From contig CAWJUS010000009.1 in the NCBI GenBank assembly GCA_963846075.1, forward strand, positions 85,534 through 149,533: a stretch of 64,000 bases of DNA, in the 5' to 3' direction. The notes under the pieces are model-generated. The model worked only from the letters and a program-made list of their open reading frames with translations, did not search any database and was not told the origin of the DNA. Below are positions 26,126-36,538 of this stretch, one piece after another. Made by a program: the position numbers and the translations under genes. Numbering within the stretch: the first letter of the stretch is position 1; every line of letters starts with the position of its first letter. The DNA is from an uncultured Actinomycetes bacterium. Its GTDB lineage: Bacteria; Actinomycetota; Thermoleophilia; Solirubrobacterales; Solirubrobacteraceae.

Positions 26126-27846
26126 TGGCAGACAACCAGCCGCGCAGCCCGTCGGAGGTTGTGATCCTCGCCGGCATCTGCTCGGCGCTCGGACTGGGCG
26201 CGTTCGTCTGGGCGTGGGGTGGGGTTGCCGGATCGCTGTTCGGGCGCGGCTGGCCGCAGCTGACGGCGGGACAACTGGCGGGCGTGATCGTCCACCTCCC
26301 GGGGCACCTCTCAGACCCGGCGGGCGCCTGGCCGCCCGACCTCCGCGGACGCCTGCCCGGCGTCGGAGGGTTCTACGCCGCACTCGTGCTGGAAGGCGTG
26401 GCGATGGCGAGTCTGATCGCGCTCGCCGTCCGCGTTTGGCCGCTCATGCTCACGCGAGACGGGCGCCCGGGCGCTCGCTTCGCGGCTCGGGCCGAGCTGG
26501 CGGAGTTACGCGGCGGGCGACCAGCAAGCGGGCACCGTGGGGCATCCCGCGACCACGGCCCCCGGCTTGCACTCGGGCGCCACCGGGGACGACTGCTGCG
26601 CGCCGAGCACCGCCACGCACTGGTGGCGTTCGGGCCGCCGCAGTCGGGAAAATCGTCGGGGCTGGCGATCCCGGCGCTGCTGGAGTGGGATGGTCCCGCC
26701 GTTGCCTCGTCGATCAAGACCGACCTCCTGGCGGCCACGCTGACCCGCCGACGGGCGCTCGGAGAGTCGCTCATCTTCGACCCGTTCGGGCTCGCGGGCC
26801 GAAGCTCGCACACCTGGTCACCGCTTCACGGCGCCGGAACCTGGGACGGTGCGCTCGAGGTCGCCTGGCGCCTCGCCTCGGCGGCCGAGGTCGACCAGCG
26901 CGGCGTGGACGGGGGCGACTTCTGGGCGCTGGCCGCCGAGCAGCGCCTGGCGCCGCTCCTCTATGCCGCGGCAAGAACCACCGCCGGCATGGAGACCGTC
27001 GTCCGCTGGGTCCACGGGCAGGGCGCGCGGGAGCTCGACCGCACGCTGCTGGCGCTGTCCGACTCGGCTTCGGACGAGGAGCAACGAGACGGAGCCCGCG
27101 CCGCCTACGATGCCGTTCGCGCGTTCGAGGCCCAGGCTGACCGGACACGCTCGTCGGTTGAGGCCACGGCCCAAGCGCTGCTGCGGGCATACCGCTTCAC
27201 GCGGGTCGCGCGCTCGGCCGGTTCGTCGGAGATCACGGCCGACCGGCTCCTCTCGCAGCAGTCGACGCTCTACCTGATTGGCGACGCCAAGGCTTCGAAG
27301 CTGCTGCGGCCGATCTTTCTGGCACTGCTCTCAGAGATCGTGGATCGGGCGTATGAGCTGGCCACGCTGCGCGGTGGCCGGCTCGAGCGGCCGCTGCTGG
27401 TATGCCTGGACGAGGCCGGCAACGTGGCGCCGCTCCCCAACCTAGGCGAGATCGCATCGACCGCCCCCAGCCACAACATCCAGCTCGTCTCGATCTTCCA
27501 CGACCTGGCCCAGGCCAGGAGCCGGTACGGGAAACAGGCCGAAACGGTAATCAACAGCCACCGGGCGCGAATGCTGCTGCCAGGGGTCGCGGACCTGGAG
27601 ACGCTGCGCTACTTCTCGAGCCTCGCGGGCGAAGAAGAGGCCCGTGACCGCTCGTACACGAGCGGCGCCGGGGGCACGACGCGGTCCGTCGCCCGGCGAC
27701 GGCGCCCGTTGGTCGCCCCGGAGGCGCTTCGCCAGCTGCCGAGCGGCCAAGCGCTGCTGCTCTACGGACGCCTCGCGCCGGCTCGCGTCCGGCTGCGGAT
27801 GTGGTTCGAGGACCGGCGGTTGCGCGCGCTCGCGAGTTCGACGTGA
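26125..27846 (+). CDS. virD4: VirD4/TraG-like type IV coupling protein
   Basis: Two N-terminal TMs; Walker A GPPQSGKS, SSIKTD, FDPFG, Walker B CLDEAGNVAPLP, HDLAQARSRYG; TGATG overlap. Confidence 0.88.
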   Translation: MADNQPRSPSEVVILAGICSALGLGAFVWAWGGVAGSLFGRGWPQLTAGQLAGVIVHLPGHLSDPAGAWPPDLRGRLPGVGGFYAALVLEGVAMASLIALAVRVWPLMLTRDGRPGARFAARAELAELRGGRPASGHRGASRDHGPRLALGRHRGRLLRAEHRHALVAFGPPQSGKSSGLAIPALLEWDGPAVASSIKTDLLAATLTRRRALGESLIFDPFGLAGRSSHTWSPLHGAGTWDGALEVAWRLASAAEVDQRGVDGGDFWALAAEQRLAPLLYAAARTTAGMETVVRWVHGQGARELDRTLLALSDSASDEEQRDGARAAYDAVRAFEAQADRTRSSVEATAQALLRAYRFTRVARSAGSSEITADRLLSQQSTLYLIGDAKASKLLRPIFLALLSEIVDRAYELATLRGGRLERPLLVCLDEAGNVAPLPNLGEIASTAPSHNIQLVSIFHDLAQARSRYGKQAETVINSHRARMLLPGVADLETLRYFSSLAGEEEARDRSYTSGAGGTTRSVARRRRPLVAPEALRQLPSGQALLLYGRLAPARVRLRMWFEDRRLRALASST

Positions 27847-28232
27847 CTCCCTCCGAGCACGACGACTACCAGGAGCTCGAGCAGAACCGCTGGCCGCTGA
27901 CGTGGCGGGGTCTGTATCCGCGTGAGCGCTGGCTGTGGTTCGAGCAGCTTTGGAGCGACGTCTGCATGCTGCGCGAGCGCTACCGGCTGATGGTGCGATC
28001 CGGGTGGTGGGAGGACGAGCTCCAGGTCGAGGCACTCGCCGCGCTGGCTGCTTGGACCGCCCGGTACGACGGCGGTGAGTGGGATGACCCGCCGGGCAAG
28101 CTCGCGCTGCTCTTGGACCTGGAGCGTGTCGCGGCGCTCCTGCGCGAGGGTGGCGAGCCCTTCCGCGTCGACCGGGACCGCGCGGCATTCACCAGCCATC
28201 TGCTCGAGATCGGTTGCCAGCCGCCCGGCTAG
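27843..28232 (+). CDS. Trp-rich hypothetical protein, last gene of the T4SS-like operon
   Basis: GTGA overlap with virD4; LTWRGL...LW..V..LRERY...GWWEDELQVEALAALAAW, reminiscent of small proteins found after actinobacterial virD4. Confidence 0.7.
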   Translation: MTPSEHDDYQELEQNRWPLTWRGLYPRERWLWFEQLWSDVCMLRERYRLMVRSGWWEDELQVEALAALAAWTARYDGGEWDDPPGKLALLLDLERVAALLREGGEPFRVDRDRAAFTSHLLEIGCQPPG

Positions 28233-28261
28233 TTGCATAGGCTTCGCGCGGCTAGGGGTTC

Positions 28262-29581
28262 GTGCGGAGACGACTCGTTCATCTGTTTCTTGCGGCGGCG
28301 GCGGTCATGGCGACGGCGGCCGGACCGGCCGCGGCTCCATCCTCCGCGCAGGGGGGCTCATCGCCGTCGAGCGCCGACGTAGCGGCGTCGCTTTCCTCGC
28401 TGGCATTGGCGCCGCTGCCTACCCCCACGCCATACATGGGGGTCGACACCTGGTACGCGTTCGGCCCCGACATAGACCAGGCTGCCGTCGTGGACCTGAC
28501 CGATGCCGTCGTGAGCAGCGGTCTGCGGGAAGCCGGCTACCGCTATGTCTGGCTCGACGCCGGCTGGTGGGACGGCACGCGCGACGGCGAAGGGCGGATC
28601 ATGCTCGATCGCGGCCAGTGGCCGGCAGGCCTGCGCTGGCTGACCTCCTACATCCACTCCCGTGGGTTGCTGGCCGGCATCTACACCGACGCCGGGCGGG
28701 TGGGGTGCGACAACGGCGGCAGCTACGGGCACTACACGGGCGATATCGACCGGTTCGCCGCGTGGGGATTCGATGCCGTGAAGGTCGACTTCTGCGGAGC
28801 GCACACCATGGGGCTCAACCAGCAGATGGTCTACGGGCGCTTCGCCCAGGCGATCCGCGAGGATCGGCCCCAGCGCTCGATGCTGCTGGCGATCTCCAAC
28901 GGAGCATTCCCGGGAGAGCCCATCTACGGCTATCCAAGCTACGGGCAGTCCGCCTACTCGAGCTACGCGTTCGGGTCGAAGATCGCGGCCAGCTGGCGTA
29001 CCGGGCCCGACCTGGGATGGCCCGGCAACGTGGATTTCGGCGCCGTGCTACGCAACATCGCCGTGGACGCCTGGCATCCGGGCTCCGCCGGTCGCGGCCA
29101 CTGGAACGACCCCGACTACCTGGTTCCCGATCAGGGCATGACGGTGACCGAGTTCAAGGCTCAGTTCACGATGTGGACGATGCTCGCGGCGCCGCTGATG
29201 GTGAGCGCCGACGTCTCGCAGTTGCCGCCGCCCATCATGCAGATCCTCCGCAACAGAACGGCGATCGAGATCAACCAGGACCCGCTCGGGCACCAGGCCC
29301 GCGAGGCGGCCACCGAGAGCGGCGTCGAGGTGTGGGTCAAGGCGCTGACTGGCGGTGAGCGCGCCGTGGCGTTCCTGAACACCTCCTCCAGCTCGGCCTC
29401 GGCGGTGGCGACCCGCTCGATGATGGGGCTGCGAACCGCCTGCAGATTACGGGTGAAGGCCGTGTGGGCCGGCACGCGGGCCGACGGTCAGAAGCGGGTC
29501 CCGGCGCGACTCCAAGGCGATAGCGCCGATCTGTTCCTGGTCTCGCCCGTGTGCCGCCGCCACCGGCAGCGAGATCGGTAG
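28262..29581 (+). CDS. Secreted glycoside hydrolase family 27 (alpha-galactosidase-like)
   Basis: Signal peptide; PTPYMG..TW, LDAGW, GIYTD, WGFDAVKVDFC, WNDPDYL, AAPLM, INQDPLG. Confidence 0.92.
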   Translation: MRRRLVHLFLAAAAVMATAAGPAAAPSSAQGGSSPSSADVAASLSSLALAPLPTPTPYMGVDTWYAFGPDIDQAAVVDLTDAVVSSGLREAGYRYVWLDAGWWDGTRDGEGRIMLDRGQWPAGLRWLTSYIHSRGLLAGIYTDAGRVGCDNGGSYGHYTGDIDRFAAWGFDAVKVDFCGAHTMGLNQQMVYGRFAQAIREDRPQRSMLLAISNGAFPGEPIYGYPSYGQSAYSSYAFGSKIAASWRTGPDLGWPGNVDFGAVLRNIAVDAWHPGSAGRGHWNDPDYLVPDQGMTVTEFKAQFTMWTMLAAPLMVSADVSQLPPPIMQILRNRTAIEINQDPLGHQAREAATESGVEVWVKALTGGERAVAFLNTSSSSASAVATRSMMGLRTACRLRVKAVWAGTRADGQKRVPARLQGDSADLFLVSPVCRRHRQRDR

Positions 29582-29725
29582 CCGCGAGTCGCGAGCGGCG
29601 CTACCGGCCGATATCAGGTCGGCGTAAAGGCGCAGATCAGCTCTCCATAAGGCGTGTTCACCAATGCTTATGCTGCTCTTCGGCCATTCATCGGCGGCGC
29701 TGTTGAACTGGCCCTGAAGCACCCG

Positions 29726-31305
29726 ATGTCCGTCCACAGAAGCACACTTCCGCATGGCTATGCGGGGGGCCAGGAGCCGCACGCCAGCGGACCTTCGCCG
29801 CCCGCGGAGGGCGAGCGCCTGACTCGACGCCAGCTGCTGATCGGCGCCGCCGGATTGGCGGCGGCCGGCGGCGGCGCGTTCGGCGTCAGCAGGCTGCTCG
29901 ATGGCCAGCGGCCGGTGGTGGCCACCATGGCGGCGTCGCGCTCCGGCGCCGGCGACCCGGTGCGGGCGTTCCGGACCGTGCCGGCCCTGCGACCGCCCGC
30001 TGTCGATATCGCCGGCCACAACCCGGCGCGCGGCTACCTGTTCGTGGGACCGAGCGGCGCGGTCAACGGCAACGGCTCGCAGCCCGGAGCGATGATCGTC
30101 GACCGCGTCGGCGACCCGGTGTGGTTTCAGCCGGTCTCGACGGGCGACTGGGCGGCAAACGTGCGCGTGCAGAGCTTCCGCGGACAGCCGGTCCTGACGT
30201 GGTGGGAGGGCAAGGTGGTAAACGGCTACGGCACCGGCGAAGCGGTGATCGCCGATCGCTCCTACGGAGAGATCGCCGGGGTCCGCGCGGCCAACGGTCG
30301 CCTGATGGACATGCACGAGTTTCTCCTCACGCCGCAGGGAACGGCGCTGTTCTTTCTCACCCCGGAAGCTGTCCCCCAGGACCTCACGGCGCTCCACGGC
30401 CCGCGCGGCGGACAGGTGCTCCAGACGACGATCCAGGAGGTGGACGTCCGCAGCGGCCGGCTCGTTTCCGAATGGCGCAGCCTCGAGCACGTGCCCGTCA
30501 CCGAGTCATATCTGCCGCTCGCCGAGCCTTACGACTACATGCACGCCAACTCGATCGCCCTGACCAGCGACGGCAACCTGCTGGTCTCCGCGCGTCACAC
30601 CTGGGCGCTCTACAAGCTCGAGCGGGGAAGCGGCGGGGTCATGTGGCGACTCGGTGGGCGCCGCAGTGACTTCGCGATCGAGCGCGGCGCCCAGTTCGCC
30701 TGGCAGCACCACGCCACGCCGCTGGGCCAGGGCCTGATCACGCTGTTCGACGACGGCTCGAACGGACCGATCAAGACCGAGACGCGGTCACGCGGCCTGT
30801 TCCTGGCGGTCGATGAGCGCGCACGCATGGTCCGGGCCAGGCGCTCATACACCCATCCCAAGGGGCTGCTGAGCGGCGCGATGGGCAGCGTTCAGGCTCG
30901 GCCCGACGGACACGTGGTCGTGGGCTGGGGCCTGGAGCCCTACACGAGCAGTTCGCCGCCGACGGCAGCGTCGTCGCGGACGCCCGGCTGCCCTCGGGCA
31001 TCAACAGCTATCGCGGGTTCGTTTCGACTGGCGCGGCAAACCGCGCGCGGCCCCTGCGGTCGCCACGCGGCGTGACGCATCGTCGGGGCACACCACGGTC
31101 TACACCAGTTGGAACGGCGGCACGCACGTACGGTTCTGGAAGGTGCACGTCGGGAACTCGGCCCGCGATCTGCGCGCGGCGGGCGTCGCCAGGCACCAGG
31201 GTTTTGAGACCGCGATCCCGCTGGGCAGGGCCGCGGGGTACGTCGCGCGACGGCGCTCATCGCCACGGCAAGTCGCTGGGGCACAGCGAGCCGGTCCGCA
31301 TCTGA
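29726..31305 (+). CDS. Tat-exported arylsulfotransferase (ASST)-family protein; several frameshifts after ~30950
   Basis: LTRRQLL Tat motif; DMHEF, YDYMHANSI, VSARHT, WQHHA; YTSWNG and GFETAI appear in shifted frames. Confidence 0.8.
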
Positions 31306-31315
31306 GCGCGCGTCC

Positions 31316-31375
31316 GGGGATCGCTAGATAAAACGGGGCGCGCGTAGGCGCGCCCTGATAAATAGGGCGATCCCC
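31316..31375 (+). ncRNA. Candidate structured leader RNA upstream of gad
   Basis: Outer stem GGGGATCGC/GCGATCCCC, inner stem CGGGGCGCGC-GTAG-GCGCGCCCTG, A-rich internal loop with GATAAA on both sides; ends 7 nt before the AAGGAGG SD. Confidence 0.4.
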
Positions 31376-31397
31376 ATTCGCCAAGGAGGTAGCCGTC

Positions 31398-32793
31398 ATG
31401 GCGCTCAGCGAACAGCACGTACCGCGAAAGACTCTCGCCTCGGAGGCGTTGAAGCTGCGCGGTGTGGACCCGGGCACCGAGGTCCCCAGTCGGGTCCTTC
31501 TGGACCAGGGCCTCGGCGACGAGCTCGCCTACGAGCTGATCTCGAGCGAGCTGCTGCTCGACGGCCAGGCTCGTCTGAACCTGGCGACCTTCGTCACCAC
31601 GTGGATGCCGTCAACGGCGGCCAAGCTGATGGCAGAGACCGCCGACAAGAACATCATCGACAAGGACGAGTACCCACAGACGGCGGCGATCGAGGCCCGG
31701 TGCGTGAACATGCTGGCGGAGCTATGGAACTCCCCCCAGGGAGGTAGCGCCACCGGCTGCTCTACCACCGGCTCCAGCGAAGCGGCGATGCTCGCCGGGA
31801 TGGCGATGAAGTGGCGCTGGCGCAAGCGGATGCAGGAGGCCGGCAAGCCCACCGACCGCCCAAACCTGGTGACGGGGATCAACGTCCAGGTCTGCTGGGA
31901 GAAGTTCTGCCGCTACTGGGAGGTCGAGCCCCGCCTGGTGCCGATGGAGGGCAACAGGTTCCATCTCGACGCCGAACAGGCGGCGGCCCAGTGCGACGAG
32001 AACACGATCGGCGTGGTGTCCGTGCTGGGCTCGACCTACGACGGGAGCTACGAGCCGGTGAGCCGAGATCGCCGCGGCTCTCGACCAACTGGAAAACGAG
32101 AAGGGCCTGGACGTGCCCCTGCACGTAGACACCGCCCTCCGGCGGCTTCGTCAGCCCCCTCCTGCAGCCCGAGCTCAGTCGGGACTTCCGCATTCCGCGC
32201 GTGCTGTCGATCAACGCATCGGGACACAAGTACGGCCTTGTGTATCCCGGCGTCGGCTGGGCGATCTGGCGCGACAAGGAGGCGCTTCCTCAGGAGCTGA
32301 TCTTCGATGTCAACTACCTCGGCGGCCACATGCCGACGTTTTCGCTCAATTTCTCGCGTCCGGGAAGCGAGGTGATCGCCCAGTACTTCCTGTTCGTGGC
32401 GCTGGGCCGCGATGGCTACAGGAAGATGATGCAGAACACTCAGGACGTGGCCGTCTATCTCTCGAGCGAGATCGCCAAGCTCGGGCCGTACAACCTGCTG
32501 ACACGAGGGACGAGAGCTGCCCGTGTTCGCGTTCGCGCTCGACCCGTCGGTCCGCAACTACACGGTGTTCGAGGTCTCAGAGCGGCTGCGCCAGCACGGT
32601 TGGCTTGTGCCCGCCTACACCTTTCCCAAGAACCGCGAGGATCTGAGCGTGCTGCGAATCGTCGTGGGGCCGGCATGCACCACGACCTCGCCGACCTGCT
32701 GATCGAGCATCTGTAGAAGAGTTCGAGACCGACTTCCTGCAGTCTCTGGACACGCCGATGCCGGGGACCAAAGCGCAGGCATTCAAGCACTGA
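31398..32793 (+). CDS. gad: Glutamate decarboxylase; multiple frameshifts
   Basis: NLATFVTTWM, IDKDEYP, TTGSSEA, VQVCWEKF, PLP-lysine motif INASGHKYG, LNFSRPG, GWLVPAY; ends AFKH*. Confidence 0.9.
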
Positions 32794-32801
32794 GGTGCCA
32801 C

Positions 32802-34083
32802 GTGAGCGCCAGCGAGTGGATCAGGCTGGTCTCGATCCCGTTCTTCACGGGCGCGGTGGGCTGGCTGATCAACTGGAGCGGGTTGATCATGCTGTTCAAC
32901 CCTGTGCGCTTTCACGGCGTCGAGGTGCCCGGCGTATACGACCTCTCGCGGATTCTGCCGCGCAGGCTGCAGGAGATCCCGGGGATCATGCAGGGCGGCT
33001 ATCGGCTGGCAGGGGATCGTCCCCGCCCGCGCGGCGAAGATGGGCAGCATCTGCGTCGACAAGGCGATCGCCAAGCTGGGGACGCCGGCCGAGTTCTTCG
33101 ACGAGCTCGAGCCGGAAAAGATCGCCGAGCAGATGTCGGTGATGTTCAGGCCCCGGGTGCCGGAAATCGTCGATCAGACGATGCGCGAGGAGCAACCCGG
33201 GTTGTGGTCAAACGTTCCCCCGCGCGCCAAGCAGGCTCTGTACGCCCGCGTCCAGCAGCACAACAGCTGCCCGAGATCATGCACCAGATCACCGACGAGA
33301 TCGGGCTGTACATCGACCAGCTGCTTGACCCCAAGGTGATGGTCATCGACCACTTCGAGCGCAACCCCGCGCTGGTCAACAAGATCTTTCTGGGGACTTC
33401 GGCGCCCGCGAGCTCAGGCTGATGGTCAACTTCGGCTTCCTGTTCGGCTTCCTATTCGGCATCCCAGTGGCGGTGATCACGCACTTCGTCCCCAACTGGT
33501 GGCTGCTGCCGGTGCTGGGAGTCATCGTCGGCTGGACGACCAACCTGCTCGGGATGTGGGTCATCTTCGAGCCGCCCGAGCCCCGCAAGATCGGCCCCTT
33601 CAAGCTGCACGGCCTGTTTGCAACGCCGCCAGGACGAGGCGGCCGAGGTCTATGCCCGGATCATCGCCGAGGACGTGGTGACGATGGAGAACTTCGGCCA
33701 CGAGCTGCTGGACGGCCCGCGCGGCGACCGCACCGAGCAGATGCTGCGCGAGGCGATGGGGCCGGCCATCTACCGCGCCGCAGGCCCGCTGCGGGGTGCT
33801 GTGCGCGTGGCCGTGGGGCCGAGCGAGTACGACGAGGATCACCGAAGCCTTCGCCCGCAGCTCGAGTGATTACACGATGACCCCCTTCCAGGACGCCGAG
33901 TTCGGTCAGGAGCAAAGCGAGAACATCCGCCGCATGTTCGCCCGGCGGACGAAGGAGCTGCCGCCGGGCGACTTCGTCGAGATGATGCGCGCGGCGATCA
34001 AGGAGGACGAGTGGATGCTCTACCTCCACGGTGCTGTAATGGGCTTCGTCGGGGGCCTGATCCACCTCGGCATCTTTGGATGA
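32802..34083 (+). CDS. DUF445-like membrane protein; multiple frameshifts
   Basis: IPFFTGAVGWLINW, (W)QGIVPARAAKMG, VGWTTNLLG...IFEP, KEDEWMLYLHGAVMG fragments in successive frames. Confidence 0.7.
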
Positions 34084-34990
34084 GTGAGCGCGAAGCGAGT
34101 CCCGTCGAGCCAAAGGACGGCTTGGGCGCCCTGCCGGGCGTCGCGCGGCTGGCGGCCAGCGCCGCCTGGCACACGACCGGCTGGTCCGTTGACATCACGC
34201 TCCGCCTGACCAGGCGGGTGCTCGAGGTGGCAGTCGCGCCGCAGAAGGCCGGGGCGCTGGTGGAGGATGTGGCGGGGCTGCTGCGCGCGCTGCCGCCAAC
34301 GAGCTGCTGGGCGAGAGCCCGGCAGACGCGGTCCCAGGCAGTGACATCGCGCGACGGTTCGTGGAGACCATCAGCCCGCAGGGCGCGCGGCCGGCGCACG
34401 TCGCGTACGTGGACGACGATCGCAACGGCCAGACGCCTCTCAGGCCCGGGGGCCAGGAGCTCATCTACCGCTCGAGGGACGTTCACTACGAGGAGGACCT
34501 CGCACCCCGCCTACGAGCGGCTCGTGGAGTCGCTGGCGCCGGATGAGGCCAGGATCCTGCGCCTGCTGCTGTTCGGAGGCCCGCAGCCCGCGGTGGACGT
34601 GCGCACCGGTGGACCGCTGGGGCTGTTGAACTCTCGGCTCCTGGCGCCGGGGCTCTACATGGACCCGGCGCCCGCGCCGGCTGCCGTTACGTCGAGCGCG
34701 TGCCCTCCTATCTGACCAACCTCCACCGTCTGGGGCTGATCTGGTTCTCGCGCGAGACGCTGCGCCACCCCGAGCTCTACCAGGTGGTCGAGGCGCAGCC
34801 CGACGTTCTGGAGGCGCTTCACTCGGTGCGCTACGCCAAGGTCGTGCGGCGCAGCATCCACCTGACGCCGTTCGGGGAGGGGTTCTGCCGGGGGGCGCTG
34901 GTGGACGACAAACGCCAGCTGGTGGGCCTGCCCGAGCATGGCTCGCCCCAGACTGGTCGCGAGCCACAGCCGCCTGAGCTGACGGCCTAG
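34080..34990 (+). CDS. DUF4393/Abi-alpha-like domain protein; frameshifted
   Basis: ATGA overlap; HPAYERLVESLAPDEARILRLL..GPQPAVDVRT, YLTNLHRLGL, RRSIHLTPFG. Confidence 0.65.
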
Positions 34991-35005
34991 GTGTCATCGT
35001 CGCCC

Positions 35006-36005
35006 CTACAGCACTGTGGCCAGACGCCGGCCCGCCGCCTGAAGCTGCCTGAGACTCGAGGCCTCCATCACGGCCTGGAGGTCGAGCACGCGGGCGCCGA
35101 AGGAGTCAAGCGCCCGCGTGCCCACGATCGCGTGGCACGGCACGCCGCTCTGGCGGGCGCGGCGTGGTGACCTCGGATATGAGCCTTGCCCGCCAGGCTC
35201 TGCTCGTCAAGCTTGCCCTCGCCTGTGACCACCGCGCGCGCCCGGCGCAGGCGACGGTCGAATTCGACCGCGTCGAGCACGAACGGGGCGCCCGCTTGAA
35301 GCTCCGCGCCGAACGCGGCCCACAGGCCGCCGGAGAGGCCTCCGGCCGCGCCGGTCATCGGAATCCCACGAGGGTCGCGGTCGCCCTGGGCTGGCGCGCC
35401 TGGGCTGAAGGCGCGCCCGTCAGCCGTCGCACCTGCTCGGGACCGGCCCCCTTCTGCGGCGCGTATACGCGGGCCGCATCCTCGAACGGGGTGCGGACGT
35501 CGCAGAGCACGACGAGGCGAACGTCTGTCTAGCCCCGCCCGTTTGAGCGCCTTGATCGCGCCGGCGCCGCCGTCGGTCGTGGCGCTGCCCCCGGCGCCGA
35601 TCAGAACGGTTCTGGCCCCCGCCTCGAGCGCGGCGGCGATCAGCTGCCCGGTCCCGAAGCGCTGGCCCTCATCGGGTCGCGCTCGCTCGGATGGGATCAG
35701 GTCGAGGCCGCTGGCCGCGGCGGTCTCGACGATCGCCGTCCCGCCGGGCGCCAGCGCGAACAAGGCCTCGACCTCGCGGCCCAAGCGGGTCGCCGACAAC
35801 CGCCGCGCTGGGTTCCGCGCCGAGCGCCTCGGCGAGCACGGCGAGGGTCCCCTCGCCGCCGTCGGCCACGGGGCAGCGGTCGACCTCGACCCCGGCCTGC
35901 TCGAGCCCGCGGCCGATCGCCGCCGTTACCGCCGGCGGCGTCGAAGCTCTCCTTGAAGGCGTCGGGGGCGACCAGCACGGTGGTGGGGACGCCCGGGATC
36001 GCCAT
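35006..36005 (-). CDS. Glycerate kinase; multiple frameshifts
   Basis: VLVAPDAFKES, VADGGEGT, GGSATTDGGAG, GAAGGLSGG, VTGEGKLDEQSLAGK. Confidence 0.85.
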
Positions 36006-36538
36006 CTACTCGGGCGGGCCGATCGTCGCCGCCTCCGGGCCGAAGCTCTCCACGTAGCGCGCGTGCAGCTCGCCCCAGTCGGGGCGGCTCAGCCGCTCGC
36101 GCGCCTTTGGGTCACCTTCCAGCGAGGCCTCGAGCGCGTCGAGGCACGTGTGCCAGCCGGCGCTGTCGCGGGCGGCTTTGCCCCGCTCCTCCAGCGTGTC
36201 CAGCAGGGTGAGCTCGGTACCACCGGGGACGGAGCGCAGCTCGATACGCACCACGTCGGGTCCCCAGCGGAACTCCATCATCGACTGCGGCTCGTAGGCC
36301 AGCATCTCCCCCTCGAACGCCGGAAAGCGGTCCTCGGCAAACGAGAATCGCAGCGGCGCACCGGCTCGCCGCTCGCCCTCGATCGTGGTCGGGAACCAAT
36401 GCTCGAGATGCCCGGCCTCGGTGATCGCCTGCCACACCTTGTCAGCGGATGGGGCAGGACGCGGGTGAAGCGAAGCCGCCATGCTCCAGCATCGGTCTGC
36501 TCTACGTCTCCGAAGCGGGTCTGGTCGGTCGTGGTCAT
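36006..36538 (-). CDS. SRPBCC/Aha1-family protein; frameshift near 36450
   Basis: LRFTRVLPHP then KVWQAITE..HLEHWFP, AGWHTCLDAL. Confidence 0.85.

Noticed and set aside
20570-28232. Calling the T4SS-like locus an ICE or integrated plasmid
   Set aside because: No integrase, excisionase, relaxase, rep gene, tRNA target or flanking direct repeats seen; not annotated as a mobile element on present evidence.
28262-29581. GH27 as the missing cell-wall hydrolase or cargo of the T4SS-like operon
   Set aside because: It has its own signal peptide and a TAGGCT box in the 29-bp gap, is not overlap-coupled, and GH27 enzymes are not known peptidoglycan hydrolases; adjacency alone is insufficient.
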